This document shows positions 59,174-64,000 of a stretch of DNA of 64,000 nucleotides, in pieces. The DNA is from Acidobacteriota bacterium (GTDB taxonomy: Bacteria; Acidobacteriota; UBA890; WLXD01). Below the pieces are notes generated by a model, which was given only the letters and a program-made list of their open reading frames with translations, had not been told where the DNA came from and did not search any database. Numbering within the stretch: position 1 is the first letter of the stretch; each line of letters begins with the position of its first letter. A program made the translations under genes and the position numbers. The stretch covers positions 256,001 through 320,000 of the forward strand of contig CAXWPH010000012.1 in NCBI GenBank assembly GCA_963666055.2. The letters run 5' to 3'.

Positions 59174-60013
59174 GTGATGATGAAACGACGGAGCTTGTTG
59201 GTCTCCTCGGTTGCGCTCCTCGCCCTTGCCCCCGCCTGCTCGTCCGGCGAGCAGCGGCTGGTGAACATCGAGTCGCGTCAGGCCGCCCTGGAGGCGCAGG
59301 TCGCCGACCTGCAAACCGCGCAGCAGAACATCACCGCCCGGCTGGTGCAGGTGCGGCAGGAGCTCGACAACTCGCTGCAGCCGCTCCGCACGCAGTCCGC
59401 CGACCGCGGCGAGGACCTGCGCTCGATGGAACGTGAGGTCACGGCGCTCGAAGCCGAGGTGGCCGAGATAAACGCACGGATCGCACGCCTCACCGAGCAG
59501 TTCGCAGCCGGCGGCGGCCCGCCTTCCGAGACGAGGCGCACGGGTACGGCGATGCCGCCGCCGCGCGGATCGCGCGTGACCACTGCCCAGGAGCCAACCG
59601 GCTCGCAGCAGACCGCCGCCACCACGCTGTACAACAGCGCCTACAACGACTACCTGCGAGAGAACTGGGAACTATGCGTGCAGGGGTTCGAAGAGTACGT
59701 GCGTCGCTACGTCTCGTCGGATCGTACCGACAACGCCCGATACTGGATCGGCATGTGTGAGCGAGAGCGCGGCCAGCTCTCCGCGGCTCACACGGCGTTC
59801 CAGTCGGTGGTCCGCGACCACCCGAACAGCGAGCTGGTTCCGGACGCCATGCTCAACGACGGGCTGATTCTTAAGGAGGAGGGTCGCGAACGCGCCGCTG
59901 CAGAGTCATTTCGACGGCTCATTCAAGCCTACGCCGACAGCGATGCGGCGTTCCTGGCCTGCGGCCAGCTGCGCGTGCTAGGTCTGCAGCGTCCCGGCAT
60001 TTGCGAGCAGTGA
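59174..60013 (+). CDS. cpoB: CpoB/YbgF (coiled-coil + TPR)
   Basis: Lipobox, coiled-coil, LY.SAY.DY, NARYWIG; directly after pal. Confidence 0.85.
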   Translation: MMMKRRSLLVSSVALLALAPACSSGEQRLVNIESRQAALEAQVADLQTAQQNITARLVQVRQELDNSLQPLRTQSADRGEDLRSMEREVTALEAEVAEINARIARLTEQFAAGGGPPSETRRTGTAMPPPRGSRVTTAQEPTGSQQTAATTLYNSAYNDYLRENWELCVQGFEEYVRRYVSSDRTDNARYWIGMCERERGQLSAAHTAFQSVVRDHPNSELVPDAMLNDGLILKEEGRERAAAESFRRLIQAYADSDAAFLACGQLRVLGLQRPGICEQ

Positions 60014-60044
60014 TCGCCGCTGGCGCGATGAGAGGCGTTCCCCG

Positions 60045-60542
60045 ATGAAGCGATTGCCAACCTTGGCTCTGGCCATGGCCCTGGTGCTGACGACCGCGTC
60101 GGCCGCATGGGCAGTGCAGATCTTCGGCGCCACGAATCCCGGCAATCAGATGGGGACCGTCCAGGACCTCCTGGACCTGGGCACGGACATCGATAATAAC
60201 GACGCTGGCAACACCCTCCCCTTCGATCTGGTGGAAGATAGCGCGGTCATCATCACGTTCAGCGCCGAATGCGCTGTTGATGGCGCCGAGCAGCAGTGGG
60301 TGAGCATCGAGTTGCTCGTAAACGGCGACGCCCTGAGGCCCAGCGGGGGCGACCAGGATACGTTCTGCTCGGGCAATGGCTTCGCCGGGTTCAACGACGG
60401 ATGGGTGATGGCCAGCATGACCGTCCCGGCGAAGCTCGCCGCCGGCAACTATGACCTGCAGATCCAGGTGACACCCTCCGGGGGCGCCGCAGCGTGGTGG
60501 ATCGGCGACCTGGCGCTTACCGTCCTCGTCCAGAAGCCCTGA
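60045..60542 (+). CDS. Secreted beta-rich hypothetical protein
   Basis: GAGG RBS, signal peptide ending AWA, two Cys. Confidence 0.75.
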   Translation: MKRLPTLALAMALVLTTASAAWAVQIFGATNPGNQMGTVQDLLDLGTDIDNNDAGNTLPFDLVEDSAVIITFSAECAVDGAEQQWVSIELLVNGDALRPSGGDQDTFCSGNGFAGFNDGWVMASMTVPAKLAAGNYDLQIQVTPSGGAAAWWIGDLALTVLVQKP

Positions 60543-60755
60543 CGCGGGCACCGCCGAACATTCACCGGCGGCGCCAGTGCCAACCCGCGGCTGGGGCCCG
60601 ACACCGCTGTCCACACGGTCAACCAACCGCCTTGCGACGATCGATGCGACGGATTACCGTCCGGTCACTCTCACTCTGGTGCTCAGAATCGCGGCGTCAC
60701 GCGGCCGTCTCATCAGCGTGTAGCGCCGAACAGCGACTACTCCTAGGGGGGCAAT

Positions 60756-61211
60756 ATGGTCAACAAGGTCATCTTGATTGGAAACGTTGGCAGAGACCCC
60801 GAGCTGCGCTACACCGCCAGCGGGACCGCCGTGGCCAACTTCCGCGTCGCAACTTCCTCCCGATTCAAGGACCGCGACGGGAATCAACAGGAACGAACCG
60901 AGTGGCACACGATCGTTGCTTGGCAACGCCTTGCCGAGATCGTCAACCAGTACGCCCCCAAGGGGAAGCAGCTGTACATTGAGGGTCGTCTACAGACGCG
61001 CCAGTGGGAGGATCGCGACGGCAACACGCGCTACACCACCGAGGTCGTCGCCAACAACATCCAGCTGCTCGGCCGCGCCGGTGGCGGCGGTAGCGGCGGT
61101 GAACACGATGATCCCGGCCCGGCTGGTGGCCCCGGCCCCGACGGCGGTGCGAGCGGTGGCGGTGGCGGTGGTGGCGACGCCCCCATTAGCGATGACGACA
61201 TCCCCTTCTAG
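60756..61211 (+). CDS. ssb: Single-stranded DNA-binding protein
   Basis: [28 protein letters not shown]-terminal DDDIPF. Confidence 0.97.
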   Translation: MVNKVILIGNVGRDPELRYTASGTAVANFRVATSSRFKDRDGNQQERTEWHTIVAWQRLAEIVNQYAPKGKQLYIEGRLQTRQWEDRDGNTRYTTEVVANNIQLLGRAGGGGSGGEHDDPGPAGGPGPDGGASGGGGGGGDAPISDDDIPF

Positions 61212-61308
61212 CCAGCCGCGGGAGCCGCCGGCGGGGCCAACCCCGCGAAGGTCCCGCTCGAGGAGAAATACCGAGCGGGCCCCGCGCTTGCCTTAGCTTG
61301 CAAACAAT

Positions 61309-61685
61309 GACTGACCCGCGAGGCGAGTAAGCGGGATTCTGTTCACCCGGCCGAAGCCAGGCTGGGAACCATGAATCTGGGACGCCGGTCTCCCGACGCC
61401 TCGTGCAGCCTACCCGGAAGCCGGGCCGGGCCAGCCCATCGCTTCCCTATTTGGCCTTGCTCCACGCGGGGTTTACCTAGCTGCCGGGGTCACCCCCGAC
61501 ACTGGTGGGCTCTTACCCCACCGTTTCACCCTTACCGACGGCCCGAGGGCCGCAGGCGGTCTGTTCTCTGTGGCACTTTCCCGGGGTTGCCCCCGCTGGG
61601 GGTTACCCAGCGCGCCGCCCTGTGGAGTCCCGACTTTCCTCTGCCGATGATCTCGACAGCGGTTCCCCTGCCTCGCGGGTCAATC
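61309..61685 (-). ncRNA. rnpB: RNase P RNA (type A)
   Basis: Minus strand: GAGGAAAGUCGGGACUC, GGGUGAAACGGUGGGGUAAGAGCCCACC, GGUAAACCCC, GAGCAAG, ACAGAAUCCCGCUUA. P1 helix pairs 61309-61324 with 61670-61685. Confidence 0.95.
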
Positions 61686-61773
61686 CCGCACTCTGTCTTT
61701 CGTCTGCAAGGCTCGAGCCCCGCAACTCCTCGCGTCGCCGTGCAGCACGCCGAACACGCCGGTTGGAAGCCTG

Positions 61774-62319
61774 TCAGTCCTGTGACGTGCCGTCACCGAT
61801 GCTCGAGTTAACCAGCGCCAGGAACTCGGTGGTGACGATTGTCGAGTTAGCGAAGTAGAGCACGCCCTGCGCCCGTGAAGAATCGAAGATCACATCGTAG
61901 CCGTTCTCGGCGGCGAACTGTTCGACCAGTGGTCCGAGTTGCTCGTTGACATCGAGCGTGATCTGCTGCTCCATGCGCTCGAGCTCACGACGGGCATCGT
62001 CGTTGGTGCGCTGGGCCAGCACCTGCTTCTCTTCAATGTCCTGGTTAAGCCGCGCCAACGCAGCGTCGTTGAGGGTCAGCGCTTGATCTCGGCGCTGGCG
62101 CTGTAACGCTTCGAGCTCCGTCGTCTGCGCATTGAGATTCTCCTGCCACCTCACAGCTTCGGCCTCAAGTCGGTCGCGGGCAACGCGTCCAATCTCTGAT
62201 CCGGTCAGCACCGAGTCTCCATCGATAAAGACGATACGGGTGCCGGTAGACTGCGGGGTGGAAAAAACAGCCGACGCGAACATTGCCGCGCCGACTAGCA
62301 AGCTGGTGGTCGTCCGCAT
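61774..62319 (-). CDS. skp: OmpH/Skp periplasmic chaperone
   Basis: Signal peptide, I.FID...VL..S..G, long helical hairpin, A...GYDVIFD. Confidence 0.85.
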   Translation of the reverse strand: MRTTTSLLVGAAMFASAVFSTPQSTGTRIVFIDGDSVLTGSEIGRVARDRLEAEAVRWQENLNAQTTELEALQRQRRDQALTLNDAALARLNQDIEEKQVLAQRTNDDARRELERMEQQITLDVNEQLGPLVEQFAAENGYDVIFDSSRAQGVLYFANSTIVTTEFLALVNSSIGDGTSQD

Positions 62320-62480
62320 CGGATCATACTCCTGGCGAGGTCGGTATCTAGGGAGGGTACGGCCGCAACGGGATGTCGCTGACCGTCACCCAATCGTAGC
62401 AAGCGCGTTCCGGGGCGGCAATTTATCTGGCCGTCCACCCTGAGACCTTCCGCTGTCTCTGGGGATTGACCGACGCACAT

Positions 62481-62515
62481 CGGGCCCGGGGCGAAACAAG
62501 TACGCCCCGAGCCCG
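62481..62515 (-). terminator. GC-rich hairpin downstream of groEL
   Basis: CGGGCTCGGGGCG-loop-CGCCCCGGGCCCG on the minus strand; no U-tract. Confidence 0.5.
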
Positions 62516-62549
62516 GAGTGATCTTGTGGTCAGATAAACGGGCGCGAGA

Positions 62550-64000
62550 CTAGAAGCCGCCCATTCCTCCACCCATACCGCCCCCCATACCGCCCATGTC
62601 AGGAGCCGCCTTCTCGTCCTCTGGGATCTCGGTCACCATGGCCTCGGTGGTAAGCAGCAGGCCGGCCACCGACGCGGCGTTCTGCAACGCGGTGCGGGTT
62701 ACCTTCGCCGGATCGATGACTCCTGCCGCGACCAGGTCGCCGTAGTCCATCGTCGCCACGTTGAAGCCTATCGACTGCTTCTTGGCGCGCAGCTTCTCCA
62801 CCACCACCGAACCCTCGAGCCCGGCGTTGTTGACGATCTGACGCAGGGGCTCCTCGAGCGCCCGGCGCACGATCCTTACCCCGAGTAGCTCATCGTCGGA
62901 GCCCTTGATGTTGTCGAGGGTCTTCTGGGCGCGCAGCAAGCTGACGCCGCCGCCCGGTACGATCCCCTCCTCGATGGCCGCCTTGGTAGCGTGCATGGCA
63001 TCCTCGACGCGAGCCTTCTTCTCCTTCATCTCGGTCTCGGTCGCGGCGCCCACGTTGATCACCGCCACCCCACCAACCAGCTTCGCCAGACGCTCCTGGA
63101 GCTTCTCACGGTCGTAGTCGGACGTGGTGTTGTCGATCTGCGTGCGGATCTGATCCACCCGCGCCTTGATGTCGGCCGCCTTGCCGGAACCCTCGACGAT
63201 CGTCGTGTTGTCCTTGTCGATGACGATCTTGCGGGCCTGACCGAGGTCCTCCATGTTGACGTTCTCGAGCTTGATGCCGAGATCCTCCGAGATGCACCGA
63301 CCGCCCGTGAGGATGGCGGTGTCCTCGAGCATCGCCTTGCGGCGATCGCCGAAGCCGGGCGCCTTCACCGCCGCCACCGTGAGCGTTCCGCGGATCTTGT
63401 TGACCACCAGCGTCGCCAGAGCCTCGCCATCGACATCCTCCGCCAGAATCAGCAGCGGACGACTGGCTCGCGAGACCTGCTCGAGCAACGGCAGCAGGTC
63501 CTTCATGCTGGAGATCTTCTTCTCGTGGATGAGCACCAGCACATCCTCCAGAACAGTCTCCATGCGCTCCGGATTGGTGACGAAATAGGGCGACAGGTAG
63601 CCGCGGTCGAACTCCATTCCCTCGACCACTTCGAGCGTGGTCTCCAGACCCTTGGCTTCCTCGACCGTGATGACGCCATCCTTGCCGACCTGCTCCATTG
63701 CCTCGGCGATGATCTCGCCGATCTCCGCATCGTTGTTTGCCGAGATCGTGCCCACCTGGGCGATCATCTCCCCCCGCACCGGCTTGGATATCGTCGAGAT
63801 GTACTTGACGGTCGCCACCACCGCCTTGTCGATGCCGCGCTTGAGCGCCATCGGGTCGGCTCCGGCAGTGACGTTGCGGGCACCTTCACGGAAAATCGCC
63901 TGCGCCAGCACCGTCGCCGTCGTGGTGCCATCACCGGCAACGTCGGAGGTCTTGCTGGCGACCTCCTTGAGCAGCTGCACGCCCATGTTCTCGGTCGCTT
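62550..64000 (-). CDS. groEL: Chaperonin GroEL (5' end outside window)
   Basis: [33 protein letters not shown]-terminal GGM repeats. Confidence 0.98.
   Translation of the reverse strand, partial: ATENMGVQLLKEVASKTSDVAGDGTTTATVLAQAIFREGARNVTAGADPMALKRGIDKAVVATVKYISTISKPVRGEMIAQVGTISANNDAEIGEIIAEAMEQVGKDGVITVEEAKGLETTLEVVEGMEFDRGYLSPYFVTNPERMETVLEDVLVLIHEKKISSMKDLLPLLEQVSRASRPLLILAEDVDGEALATLVVNKIRGTLTVAAVKAPGFGDRRKAMLEDTAILTGGRCISEDLGIKLENVNMEDLGQARKIVIDKDNTTIVEGSGKAADIKARVDQIRTQIDNTTSDYDREKLQERLAKLVGGVAVINVGAATETEMKEKKARVEDAMHATKAAIEEGIVPGGGVSLLRAQKTLDNIKGSDDELLGVRIVRRALEEPLRQIVNNAGLEGSVVVEKLRAKKQSIGFNVATMDYGDLVAAGVIDPAKVTRTALQNAASVAGLLLTTEAMVTEIPEDEKAAPDMGGMGGGMGGGMGGF

Noticed and set aside
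61212-61300. GC hairpins between ssb and rnpB as a separate ncRNA or tRNA
   Set aside because: There is no cloverleaf or known motif; terminator-like structure between convergent transcripts explains them.

Overview
This is a high-GC bacterial window. Gene content (Tol-Pal, Skp, many secreted hydrolases, DUF5916 proteins) indicates a diderm and is compatible with Acidobacteriota, though that placement is inference only. The left ~42 kb is accessory catabolism: oxoprolinase/hydantoinase B, a giant M14 peptidase, an ALDH/aminotransferase/CoA-transferase operon divergent from a KamA-type aminomutase, secreted hydrolases, stand-alone soxDC, FAD oxidoreductases, carnitine-type cdhC-cdhA and several damaged genes. 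The right ~22 kb is housekeeping: Lon-like protease, folE, plsC, tonB, coaX, pfkB, mtnP, recN, tolQRAB-pal-cpoB, ssb, rnpB, skp and a partial groEL. The top hypothesis is that 5.8-13.5 kb encodes an acetylation-independent lysine catabolic route I do not know to be described: lysine -> beta-lysine -> beta-aminoadipate -> beta-ketoadipate -> beta-ketoadipyl-CoA. Also seen are a ~72-bp intragenic micro-inversion in a DUF2339 gene and two CTAG-bounded MITE families that sit on stop codons and share a covarying tandem-GA hairpin. A relic pentapeptide(-TIR) gene and an orphan phage-type WDGH gene are present too. No CRISPR array, tRNA, rRNA or transposase was seen. Product calls come from motif recognition, not database searches.
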